Shown one piece after another: positions 20,569 through 29,847 of a DNA stretch of 63,001 bases. A program made the translations under genes and the position numbers. Each line of letters starts with the position of its first letter. Position 1 is the stretch's first letter. The notes under the pieces were generated by a model. The model made no database searches and was not told the origin of the DNA. It worked only from the letters and a program-made list of their open reading frames with translations. This DNA comes from Candidatus Roizmanbacteria bacterium (GTDB lineage: Bacteria > Patescibacteriota > Microgenomatia > UBA1406): positions 1 through 63,001 of the forward strand of contig JANLHL010000045.1 in the NCBI GenBank assembly GCA_024654535.1, in the 5' to 3' direction.

Positions 20569-21297
20569 TTACTGTGCGAATTTATTGAGTCCAACTTTTT
20601 GAAGAATAACAAGCGAAAAATGTTGGAAATACCCCAGAAGCATAAGAAGGCCGATGCCCATAATTAATAGTGCGCTTACATACTGTAACAACAACCCAAA
20701 CTTTCCCAATTTGCGCAACAGCGGAGATATTGTTTTAAATAACAAACCAGTTATAACAAATGGCAATCCGAGACCAATCCCATACAAAATAAGGAGGGTT
20801 GTTCCCTGAAGGATGGTTTCTTGTTGACTCGACCAATATAAAATTATACTCAGCACAGGTCCTATACACGGTGTCCACGCAAGCGCGAAGGCAATCCCTA
20901 TGAGAAATGCTCCACGGTCATCCCCCAACCCAAATTGTGAGGAGGTGTCTATTTCCCTTTGAGGCAAAAAATGCATAGGGATTATATTTAGCGATGATAG
21001 ACCCAGCAGGATAAAGATTACACCAATTGCCCGATTCGTTATCGGTGCGTATGGGGCAAGAAATTTTCCTACTATACCGATACCTGCACCCATAAGTACA
21101 AACATCAACACAAACCCACAGGTAAATAAGATGCTTGTTTTTAATATTCTCATTTTGTGTCCTTTTACCAACCTGTCCATCGAGAGGTTGGTTAAGTACA
21201 TGAGGTATAGCGGAACGAGTGGCAACAAGCAGGAGGCAAAAAAGGTTGTTATACCAGCAAAGAAGGCGATTGTATAAGTAATTGTAGTGCTAGGCAT
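20569..21297 (-). CDS. ccdA: cytochrome c biogenesis protein CcdA / DsbD-family thiol-disulfide transporter
   Basis: 6-TM protein with a Cys in TM1 (FFASCLLPLVP) and a second (WTPCIGPVL), the CcdA signature. Confidence 0.78.
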   Translation of the reverse strand: MPSTTITYTIAFFAGITTFFASCLLPLVPLYLMYLTNLSMDRLVKGHKMRILKTSILFTCGFVLMFVLMGAGIGIVGKFLAPYAPITNRAIGVIFILLGLSSLNIIPMHFLPQREIDTSSQFGLGDDRGAFLIGIAFALAWTPCIGPVLSIILYWSSQQETILQGTTLLILYGIGLGLPFVITGLLFKTISPLLRKLGKFGLLLQYVSALLIMGIGLLMLLGYFQHFSLVILQKVGLNKFAQ

Positions 21298-21301
21298 GTG
21301 G

Positions 21302-22432
21302 TTAGCTTACAAAATAGCCCTGCAAAAAGAAACAGAAGAGTGTGAGTTGGCAGACTAAAAAAACACCACCTATCCCCAGTTGGACTTTCTTTGGCAGATG
21401 AGACAAAGCAATGAAGAATGAAAAAGCAAACAGACTGTAGCGAGGAATGGAGGAGAATGTTCCAGTAAACGTTGGGATAAGAATACTTAGTATTGAGAAA
21501 AATGCGAGAAAAATTGGCAAAGGGTTTTCCTTCCAGTCTTTATATTTTTTGATGAATACGTATACACTACCCGTCATACATATCGTAAAGAGGAATAATT
21601 CCATACAGGCAATTACGTAGGCGAAATCAAATTGTGCCGTAAAAAGAATTTTTATATATCGATAATAAACCTGTGGCAACAGTACTAGATTGGTCGAACG
21701 AGCCGCAAATGCAGACTGGGCATGAAAAAAAGCGAGTGGGTCGCCAGTTGTTTTCAATAAAAAAAGTGCATACAACATAAATCCAGCGATGGGAAGAAAT
21801 GGAAGTGCAAGAATCTTCCAGCCAGTCTTTTTATAGAGAAGATAGGCTTGGTATACAAAGAGAATAGCTAAAAGAACACCAAATAACCTGGTTAGTGCAG
21901 AAAAAAAACCAAAGATTCCTGCCCGTGCCCATTGTTTTTTCTGAAAAAAAAATAGCGCCCCCATGAAGAAAAATAAAAACAGGCTTTCTGTGTAGACTGT
22001 ATGAAAGTAAAAGGATGTAGGAAAAGCCACATAAAGAAGGAGAAGTGAAAGAATGTTTTTATTTTCTATTTTTGATAGAACAAGCGAAAGAAAAGCCAAG
22101 CCCCCCACGAAAGCAGCATTAGAAATGACGAGCCCAGAAACAAGTAAGTTTTTATTAACAACAAAACCCACCATATGTATGAGTATTGGGTAGAGTGGGA
22201 AAAAAGCATATTCAATCTGATAATATACCCCTTCCGCTATTAACAAATAATGGGCACCGTCGAAATTGGCAAGTGAGGTGAAGAACGGATTCATATTATA
22301 TTTTTGTGCAAATTCCCCATAAGGAAAGAAGCCGGTCTGGTGGATTTGTGGAACTATAAAAAGAAAGGCGGTGAATAATATAAAGATATGAGCAATTGAG
22401 ATTGCTAAAGCTAAGAGTACGGCTTTTTTCAT
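21302..22432 (-). CDS. polytopic membrane mannosyltransferase-like protein (PIG-V / GT-C-like)
   Basis: About 10 TM helices. The N-terminal loop motif NFDGAHYLLIAEGVY is seen in the PIG-V-like family. Confidence 0.55.
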   Translation of the reverse strand: MKKAVLLALAISIAHIFILFTAFLFIVPQIHQTGFFPYGEFAQKYNMNPFFTSLANFDGAHYLLIAEGVYYQIEYAFFPLYPILIHMVGFVVNKNLLVSGLVISNAAFVGGLAFLSLVLSKIENKNILSLLLLYVAFPTSFYFHTVYTESLFLFFFMGALFFFQKKQWARAGIFGFFSALTRLFGVLLAILFVYQAYLLYKKTGWKILALPFLPIAGFMLYALFLLKTTGDPLAFFHAQSAFAARSTNLVLLPQVYYRYIKILFTAQFDFAYVIACMELFLFTICMTGSVYVFIKKYKDWKENPLPIFLAFFSILSILIPTFTGTFSSIPRYSLFAFSFFIALSHLPKKVQLGIGGVFLVCQLTLFCFFLQGYFVS

Positions 22433-22436
22433 ACTA

Positions 22437-24899
22437 CTATTGTAGCAGGTGTTGTTTCTGTAGGAATGTGTGTATAAAGAATACGATGTTTTTTCTTTTT
22501 ATAACAAGCAGAAACAATAGAGCAAGTAGAATGACAGACGATATGTAAGTAACTATCCCGTTTTTTTTAACTGCCTTTATACTATTTGATTTTTTTGTAG
22601 CCCCCAGAATCAAGCTGCCTTTTTTTGGTGTGTTAACAGCTATTTTTGTCAGTATATTTTTGAGAGGGATAGTGCTGTTTTGTTGTTTTATATCAATTAT
22701 TCCAGACGTTGGTGTTGGGTAAGTTATTGTACTTTGCGTTATCTTGCTCTGTGGAGGAGGCGTTGGGGTCGGCGACGGGAAAAATGATTCGGCATATGTT
22801 GGGTCAAATTTGAGAGTGTATGTATAGGACTCTGGTGGGTCGTTTACTATTTTCCCACGTATTTTTTCCCAAATAGTGTTTTTCTGTGCAATTTGACCTA
22901 TATGAATGGTGAAGTCACCGCTAGTGATTCCCTGCGCAAGTAATGTATAGATACCTGTTGTGGCTTCTGGTATAAATACGAGACCATCTTGTTCGTTGTA
23001 GGTTGTGCCGTCGTGTTCAACGGAGAGAGATATAGGAGATTGAATCATAAACAGAAGGGATGGTGTTATTATAGTAGGGGTGCCTTCAGAAAGAGCTTTT
23101 TGAGCAAAGAGATGTGGAGGCATATATTGTAGAATTTTTTGTATTCCACCCTTTGTATATACGATTTCGCCGTGATCTAGTGGAAGGCCCACGCTTTGAG
23201 CAGAGACGATTTGAGCTGAAATAACTGGGACAAGGCCATCACCGTTTTGAGACACTGTATCTATAGGTTCACCATCAATGAAATTTTGGAAAGTTTTATG
23301 GAAGGCAGACTGAGGTTTGGTATGCAGAAGCGTTGGCGTGAGCTTAGATAGTCCGTAAATAGTAAATATGTTTTCACTTGTATGGGGTATGGGTTTTGTT
23401 AGGCTACTTTGGATTGATAGAGAAGAAAAACTAATAGCCTTGTCATTTTGATCAATCAGAAAGTTGTATGTTGGGAAGAGATCAAAGAGCACGGGTAGAG
23501 CTCGAGACAACGTCTGTTTGTCTGTTTCAATCCCCTTCTTTTCAAGCGCAAGTAATATCTGTTGACCCAACCATAACAAGTCGTTACTTTTACTTATTTC
23601 ACCAGCCTCAAGGGGGCTATATACCTGCATAACACCTCTGTGAGGCGTTCCAACAGTTATAAGTCTGTAAGTGAGCTCTGGATGTTTATCCGCAAAGACT
23701 CTACCAACAAGCCCACCTAAGGAGTGTCCAATGAGAACAATTTTGGTTCCCGGATGTTCAATCCACAAGGTATTTTTGAGAGTTGTATAAAGTTCATCTG
23801 CTGATTCTTCAACATGTCTTCTCCAGTCGTATGGAAAAAGCATATAATCAGATCCTTCTTTAAAGTGTAGCTTATTAAGCGTCTCAAGCAAGCCATCATA
23901 TTCATGGACAAATGGCGCCAATTTCCAATCCTGTGACGGAATGGTTTTGCCGTGTAAAAGCGCATCCATATTCCACGATGACCCAAAACCTGGGAGAATA
24001 ACGGTGAAGATAGTTTCTGGTAGAGTATCAATCGCTTCTATAAGATGCCATATATTTTCTGTGTCTCGACCTGAATAAAACAGGTATGTATGATCATTTT
24101 GATTAATAACAGAAGGCGTAATTATGTGGTTGTTATCATATGGTTTGTCTTTTGAAATAATCTGAGTGCTGTCTGACCAATGTGAATCACACGTCAACTT
24201 ACCACTTGTTTCTGTTTTAAATATTCCCGAAGCGTCTGGTTTGTGATAATACAGTGAAAATTCATCATTGTTTTTTTGAATGAACGGACCATCGCCATAC
24301 AATATGAAAGGATTGTTAGGACAGCGAGTCCAGCTATGAGCATCGGTAGAGTAGGCTGCCCCAATTTTCCATCCATCATTTTTCCATCCAGAGTATAACA
24401 ACCAGTATGTTTCTCCGTCTTTAAGGAGAAATGGAGATGCTACATCATCTGCATCCCATGTATTTGGTAGTGGAGATAGTTCAAGGCGCTCACTATTACT
24501 ACATTTGAAATCTGAGTTACACAAAACGGAGAGTATGTTGTATGAGCCACCCACCTTCTTGCTATAAAAAAGACGAATAGTTTGGCCATCTATGAATATT
24601 CGAGGAGTGCCAACATCTTTGTCAAGCATTAGGATTTCTCGAGAGTTTTCCCAGATTTGGCCATTTGTGCTATCCGCATAAATAAGACCATATGTTCCTT
24701 TTGTACTTTGTGCCGAAAAAATACCCCTAAAAAGACCTTCGTAATAGAAAACATGACTTTGAAACAACGACGTATATCCCACTGGCATAGTTACAGAGAG
24801 CGGATTGCGATCTGTTTTATACTGTGGCTCTGCTGCTCGGACAGCACCTGCGAATAGCAGTAGTATAAGTGCAAACATAAACCAAGCCCATTTTTTCAT
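22437..24899 (-). CDS. surface-anchored fusion protein: N-terminal beta-propeller-like region + LCAT/PGAP1-like lipase domain + Pro-rich linker + C-terminal TM anchor
   Basis: Signal peptide. WxxGxxYS-type repeats (YSGWKNDGWKIGAAYS). FPYDWRR and LIGHSLGGLVGRVF...VGTPHRG (LCAT-type). PSPTPTPPPQ linker and a terminal hydrophobic helix. Confidence 0.7.
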   Translation of the reverse strand: MKKWAWFMFALILLLFAGAVRAAEPQYKTDRNPLSVTMPVGYTSLFQSHVFYYEGLFRGIFSAQSTKGTYGLIYADSTNGQIWENSREILMLDKDVGTPRIFIDGQTIRLFYSKKVGGSYNILSVLCNSDFKCSNSERLELSPLPNTWDADDVASPFLLKDGETYWLLYSGWKNDGWKIGAAYSTDAHSWTRCPNNPFILYGDGPFIQKNNDEFSLYYHKPDASGIFKTETSGKLTCDSHWSDSTQIISKDKPYDNNHIITPSVINQNDHTYLFYSGRDTENIWHLIEAIDTLPETIFTVILPGFGSSWNMDALLHGKTIPSQDWKLAPFVHEYDGLLETLNKLHFKEGSDYMLFPYDWRRHVEESADELYTTLKNTLWIEHPGTKIVLIGHSLGGLVGRVFADKHPELTYRLITVGTPHRGVMQVYSPLEAGEISKSNDLLWLGQQILLALEKKGIETDKQTLSRALPVLFDLFPTYNFLIDQNDKAISFSSLSIQSSLTKPIPHTSENIFTIYGLSKLTPTLLHTKPQSAFHKTFQNFIDGEPIDTVSQNGDGLVPVISAQIVSAQSVGLPLDHGEIVYTKGGIQKILQYMPPHLFAQKALSEGTPTIITPSLLFMIQSPISLSVEHDGTTYNEQDGLVFIPEATTGIYTLLAQGITSGDFTIHIGQIAQKNTIWEKIRGKIVNDPPESYTYTLKFDPTYAESFFPSPTPTPPPQSKITQSTITYPTPTSGIIDIKQQNSTIPLKNILTKIAVNTPKKGSLILGATKKSNSIKAVKKNGIVTYISSVILLALLFLLVIKRKNIVFFIHTFLQKQHLLQ

Positions 24900-25004
24900 G
24901 AGCCAACTTTAGCTGCTGCCTATATAAGATACAACAGACTATAGTCTGCAAATATAACCAGAAATTCCTATCAGGACAAGCTTTTATCTATCCGTTGAAC
25001 GGAA

Positions 25005-25808
25005 TTATGGAAGCAAAATATGTTTGTTTTTTAAAACAAGCAAACCCTCTTTTGTAAGCTTTCGTACTATACTATTAACGCGGTTTTTGTCTTCGTGAAA
25101 AAAGGAGTGTAAATTATCTAAAGGTATTTTCTGTTCATTGACTAATAAAGCAACTATTGCGCCCCTAAGTTGTCTATTTGATCCGATAAACGGCGATTGT
25201 TTTACATAGTGCTTACTCTGAAGGTTGTTTCGTTTTTTTTCTTTTTTGAGCATACTCCCGTAATCCATGAGAGCCCAATACCACATTCGAGGATTTTTAA
25301 CATATAACGTTTTTTTAACCAGTTGTGCAATATCAGTATCGGATATGGCAGATATCTTTGGGAAAAAATGATATAAAAAAACAGTTCGTATATTGGTCTC
25401 AACAAACGCGTGTGGTTTATTCCACGCATAGGTTGCAATTGCGCAAGCAGTTGCATAACCGATTCCGGGGAGTTCGCATAGCTTTACTATCGAAGAAGGA
25501 ACCGATCCACCGTATTGATTTTCAATTAATTGTGCAGTCTGATGCAAATATTTTGCTCGTCTGTTATATCCAAGTCCCTGCCAAGCAACCAGAACTTCTT
25601 TCAGCGGTGCGTGTGCAAGTTCGGTCAATGTTGGAAAAATTGCTAAAAAGTTGGTGTATTTAATAATAACCCTCTCAACCTGTGTTTGTTGTAACATTAT
25701 TTCAGAAACGAGTATCGAGTATGGGTCGTGAGTTTTTCTCCAAGGCAGAGTCCGGCCGTGCTGTTTGAAATAATTGAGTATTTTTTTTTGAAAAAGCGCT
25801 GTGTCCAT
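25005..25808 (-). CDS. HhH-GPD DNA glycosylase, MutY-like, lacking the Fe-S cluster loop
   Basis: LPWRKTHDPYSILVSEIMLQQTQVERV and HhH LPGIGYATA. There are no Cys after residue 125, and the C-terminus looks winged-helix-like. Confidence 0.78.
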   Translation of the reverse strand: MDTALFQKKILNYFKQHGRTLPWRKTHDPYSILVSEIMLQQTQVERVIIKYTNFLAIFPTLTELAHAPLKEVLVAWQGLGYNRRAKYLHQTAQLIENQYGGSVPSSIVKLCELPGIGYATACAIATYAWNKPHAFVETNIRTVFLYHFFPKISAISDTDIAQLVKKTLYVKNPRMWYWALMDYGSMLKKEKKRNNLQSKHYVKQSPFIGSNRQLRGAIVALLVNEQKIPLDNLHSFFHEDKNRVNSIVRKLTKEGLLVLKNKHILLP

Positions 25809-25811
25809 GTA

Positions 25812-26822
25812 TTATTTGTTCTTAAGTTCTGTATCAAAGAAGTGAATCGTTCGTTCTGTCGCGCTGTTCCACCCATCGGGCATTAAGTTATGATCGGCGT
25901 TTGGGTATAAAAAAAGCTCTACGTTTTTATCCTTACTTTTGAGCACTTTATAGAGTGCATCTGACCATTGCCAAGGTACCGCCGTATCGGTAAGCCCCTG
26001 GTGGATTTGTATGGGAGCCTGTATCCAAGAGAGATATGCTGTTGGGGAGTATTTTTGGATATCGTAGTTTTTTTCGAAATCTGCTATAGCTTTTCTCAAG
26101 GCTTTTCCTTCGTCTTCAAATTCATCGGTATAATAGAGTACAGAATAGGGAAATGGTTTTGAAACGGGCGCCCACAATACCGTTGGTATTTTTTTACCAG
26201 AAATTTCAAGGGTTGTGAGCGCTATTTGTCCTCCGTTGCTATGTGCCCAAATGCCAATGTTTTTTGTGTCCGGCTTTGCGGAACTAGTTGCTAATGTGTC
26301 AGAAAGAGAACTGATCGAAGATAGCAACGTTAAAGAGGTTGTGTATGTTTGAAATCTCTCTTCAATAGAATCGTATGAAGGAATATCAGATTCTCCATAT
26401 CCAAGAAAATCTGGGGCTAGCGTAATATATCCACTACTTGCTAGAGCTTCTCCTACTCGACTTGTACCCACACCCGTTTCGTATATATCTTTATCGACGT
26501 ACCCACGGTATAATACCACAATTGGGTACGTGCCACTTTCTGTAGGAATATTTGCGAGACCAGTTACCTTTTTCCCCTCGACATAAAAAACAAATAAATA
26601 TGATTTTATTTTTTCTGAATGTGAAATTTCTTTAGAAAAAAAGATTTTGCTTTTTGCGAAATGTATTTTTCGAAGATTTGGATAACTATATCGCTCAAGG
26701 GGTTTTGGTTGATTGGTCTTTGGGGGTGATTGAGCTTTGTTTTGTTCAAATCGCGTAAAAAGTAATACAGAAAGTATGCCACCAACGCACATCGCAAAAA
26801 TAAAGAATAAAAAAGTACGCAT
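25812..26822 (-). CDS. alpha/beta hydrolase (S9 / dienelactone-hydrolase-like), membrane anchored
   Basis: N-terminal TM helix, nucleophile elbow GIWAHSNGG, and C-terminal ...ADHNL. Confidence 0.7.
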   Translation of the reverse strand: MRTFLFFIFAMCVGGILSVLLFTRFEQNKAQSPPKTNQPKPLERYSYPNLRKIHFAKSKIFFSKEISHSEKIKSYLFVFYVEGKKVTGLANIPTESGTYPIVVLYRGYVDKDIYETGVGTSRVGEALASSGYITLAPDFLGYGESDIPSYDSIEERFQTYTTSLTLLSSISSLSDTLATSSAKPDTKNIGIWAHSNGGQIALTTLEISGKKIPTVLWAPVSKPFPYSVLYYTDEFEDEGKALRKAIADFEKNYDIQKYSPTAYLSWIQAPIQIHQGLTDTAVPWQWSDALYKVLKSKDKNVELFLYPNADHNLMPDGWNSATERTIHFFDTELKNK

Positions 26823-26826
26823 GAGC

Positions 26827-27537
26827 TTATTGTACCTTTGTTTTTGAAGTGAGGTTTAATAAAATTGCAGTATATGTATAGGTATAAACCATGCGGAAAA
26901 AATGTGATTTGCTGACACCATAGCTTCGCGCAGTGTAATATACGGGCACCGTTTTTATGTGGAAGCCCATTTGCTTTGCGTAAAACAATAGTCGTAGGCA
27001 GTATTCGCCATAACCATGATAAATCGATTTAAGGTCGAGTGAGTGCAGTTTTTTTGCGGAAACTGCATAATAGCCACTCGTATTGTCGATTATTGGGAAT
27101 CTAAATAGATTTTTCAGAACAAGGTTAAAAAAGTAACTTATCCAATATCGCGTTTTTTTTTGCATTCCGCCCCCAGTAACAAATCGAGATGCTACAACCA
27201 AATCTGCGCTTGAGAGAACATCTATTAACGTAGGAATAATGCGCACGTCGTGGTTAAAATCTCCATCCATCCCGACTACAACATCTCCACGTGCATGTTC
27301 TATACCCATTAGTATTGATTTTCCCAAATCAGGTTCCCCTTTTCGCACATAGCACACAACCCGGTCGTTTTGATGAAATACCTTTTTTACGATATAGCCT
27401 GTTTTGTCAGGGCTATCGTCGTCGACAACAATAACCTCCTGTATCGATACGCTTTTTATTTTAAGAATTTGTCGAATGAGCTTAACAATATTTTCAGATT
27501 CATTAAATGTTGGGATTATGATAGAAATCGTTTTCAT
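26827..27537 (-). CDS. glycosyltransferase family 2 (polyprenol-phosphate sugar transferase-like)
   Basis: ISIIIPTFNESENI, VVDDDSPD, MDGDFNHD. Confidence 0.85.
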   Translation of the reverse strand: MKTISIIIPTFNESENIVKLIRQILKIKSVSIQEVIVVDDDSPDKTGYIVKKVFHQNDRVVCYVRKGEPDLGKSILMGIEHARGDVVVGMDGDFNHDVRIIPTLIDVLSSADLVVASRFVTGGGMQKKTRYWISYFFNLVLKNLFRFPIIDNTSGYYAVSAKKLHSLDLKSIYHGYGEYCLRLLFYAKQMGFHIKTVPVYYTARSYGVSKSHFFRMVYTYTYTAILLNLTSKTKVQ

Positions 27538-28250
27538 TTTTTTTGGGCAAGTATGATTATGCTGGATCCAAATGGTAAATTAAAATAGGCCAGAATTTTG
27601 GACTCGATGCGAATACATGCGTAGAGTATGGCATTAATATATTTGTGAGGACTGGATACATAGTGTGTGGCCTTTTTGTTTCTCAACAAGATCCTTGAGA
27701 TTACAAACAAAGGGAATGTGCTGGCAAAAATATACGAAGAGCGAATTATGGTGAATCCAGCATCCTTCACTGTCCATTCAAGACCTTTTTTATTAAATCG
27801 AATACGTGCCTGCATTACTCTATCATGCTCTCCGAATAAAGATTGATGCGCACAATCGGTAATAAGCAACCAGCTGTTCTTTTTTAATACTCTTCTTGCC
27901 TCACTTAAAACCACTTTTTCGTTTATTTGTTTATGATAAAGGACGTCCAATATTGTTACGCAATCAAATATATTTGCGTGAAACGGTAAGGAGTTTGCAC
28001 TTCTATTTATAACCGTAACTTTATTTTTTTTTGCATAGAACCAAGCTTTTTTGTTTTGTTCTATTCCTGTGACAAACCCGAAGCGATCAAGAAATTTTGT
28101 TGTAAATCCAGTTCCACAACCTATATCCAATATGTTTGCGTTGTGAAGATCTGTGAGTTTTAACATAGTAGATAGGTAGGCTCGTTTTCCTCTAAACCAC
28201 CAATGCTTTTTCTCGTGATTATACATATCGGCGTACTGTCTGTCTTGCAT
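27534..28250 (-). CDS. class I SAM-dependent methyltransferase
   Basis: Motif I ILDIGCGTGF. Overlapping start/stop with neighbouring genes. Confidence 0.8.
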   Translation of the reverse strand: MQDRQYADMYNHEKKHWWFRGKRAYLSTMLKLTDLHNANILDIGCGTGFTTKFLDRFGFVTGIEQNKKAWFYAKKNKVTVINRSANSLPFHANIFDCVTILDVLYHKQINEKVVLSEARRVLKKNSWLLITDCAHQSLFGEHDRVMQARIRFNKKGLEWTVKDAGFTIIRSSYIFASTFPLFVISRILLRNKKATHYVSSPHKYINAILYACIRIESKILAYFNLPFGSSIIILAQKK

Positions 28251-28251
28251 A

Positions 28252-29358
28252 TTAGGTTGGTAGCGTTTCTCGAATCGCTTGTACTACAGAGCGAACATCT
28301 TGTTCACTCAGAGTAAGGCCTGATGGTAGATATAATCCTTCGCGGGCTAATCGAGTACTAACAGATAAGGGAGAGCCAACCACACACAAATTTTTTAAAG
28401 CCGGTTGCCTATGGAGGGGGAAAAAAAACGTTCGGGTTTCTACCCCTTTTTTATATAGCTTTTCCATGAAGGTTGATCGACTCATTTGAGCAGAACTTTG
28501 TAAATGAACCGAGTACATCCAGTACACGCTTTTAGCATATGATTTTTCTATTGGCAAACGTAAATGTGAAACGTCTTGTAGTAGAGAAGTATACAAACGT
28601 GCTGTTGCCCTCTTTTTTTTAATATACTCTTGAAATCTACTCATCTGTCCTATTCCTAGAGCAGCTTGTAAGCCTGATAGTCTATAGTTAAAACCAATGG
28701 CGCGGTGAAAAAAACGCTTGGTCGGGGAATGGGCTAAGTTTCTCAGCGAAATCATTTTTTTATAGAGGTTTTTATTATTGGTTACAATCATTCCCCCTTC
28801 TCCAGTTGTTATTATCTTATTTGCGTAAAAACTAAAAATTCCAAGAGTACCAAACGTACCTACTGCTCTATTTTTATAGAGTGCTCCATGTGCCTCAGCA
28901 CAGTCTTCTATAATGAAAAGTTTGTGCTTACGAGCAATTTTAGTTAAGAGAGACATATCAGCAGGATGCCCAAGCAGGTGTACTACCAGTATTGCTTTGG
29001 TTCGAGGAGTAATTGCTTTTTCTACCTGAGCAGGGTCAAGATTCCCTGTTTCTACGCCGACGTCGACGAGTACTGGAATGGCTCCGCAATAGATAGGTGC
29101 TAGCGCACAAGAGATGATAGTAAGATTGGGAACAATAACTTCATCGCCCACACCTATTCCAAGCGCCACACAAGACAGATGTAGTGCAGCGGTGCCATTG
29201 GAAACCGATACCCCGTAGCGAGCGCCAGTAGAAGCGGCAAATATTTTTTCAAACTCAGCTACATATTGACTACTTCCCGATATCCATCCACTCGTTAAAC
29301 ACTCTTTTACTTTTTGAAAGGATTCGGGCGCAATTGCAGGTTCACTTACTGGAATCAT
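28252..29358 (-). CDS. DegT/DnrJ/EryC1/StrS family sugar aminotransferase
   Basis: Start at internal Met (MIPVSEPAI). Typical layout, with the SFYANKIITTGEGG block carrying the PLP Lys. Confidence 0.85.
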   Translation of the reverse strand: MIPVSEPAIAPESFQKVKECLTSGWISGSSQYVAEFEKIFAASTGARYGVSVSNGTAALHLSCVALGIGVGDEVIVPNLTIISCALAPIYCGAIPVLVDVGVETGNLDPAQVEKAITPRTKAILVVHLLGHPADMSLLTKIARKHKLFIIEDCAEAHGALYKNRAVGTFGTLGIFSFYANKIITTGEGGMIVTNNKNLYKKMISLRNLAHSPTKRFFHRAIGFNYRLSGLQAALGIGQMSRFQEYIKKKRATARLYTSLLQDVSHLRLPIEKSYAKSVYWMYSVHLQSSAQMSRSTFMEKLYKKGVETRTFFFPLHRQPALKNLCVVGSPLSVSTRLAREGLYLPSGLTLSEQDVRSVVQAIRETLPT

Positions 29359-29770
29359 TTGAATTGAAAAACAACTTATTTGTCTGTGCGTACGGGCCAT
29401 GTTTAACCTCAATAATTTCACTATCTTCGATGGCCGTTAGCCCATGTCCAAGAGAGTGGAGTATGATAATGTCACCACCATGGATAGTTCTTTTATCAAT
29501 AACGGTTTTATCTTTGGTAAAAAAAGTAACACAAATAGTGCCGCGTATAATATATAAAACTTCCTCTGTAGTTTCTATATGAATGTTCCTTTTTGGATGT
29601 GTGTGTGGTTTCCACTCGTAACCAGCTTTTGCATGGTGTGTTCCCACCTGTAGCGACCTTTCGTGTTCGGTAAAAAAAATGGGACCGTACGGCCTAAGGT
29701 CGGGGGTAATTATTGTTGCGACTCGTTTTTTTTGATAGGTAATATATTCTTTTTTTTGATTTGAACCCAT
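29342..29770 (-). CDS. cupin domain protein
   Basis: HTHPKRN...EEVLYIIRG...GGDIIILHSLGHG, a two-motif cupin pattern. In an operon with the aminotransferase. Confidence 0.6.
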   Translation of the reverse strand: MGSNQKKEYITYQKKRVATIITPDLRPYGPIFFTEHERSLQVGTHHAKAGYEWKPHTHPKRNIHIETTEEVLYIIRGTICVTFFTKDKTVIDKRTIHGGDIIILHSLGHGLTAIEDSEIIEVKHGPYAQTNKLFFNSNDSSK

Positions 29771-29847
29771 TGGACCAAGATATTTTCAATGGTAGAAGTA
29801 TATACCAAAACAAAAAAATATGTCGTTTATATTTAAATCGGTGTACA

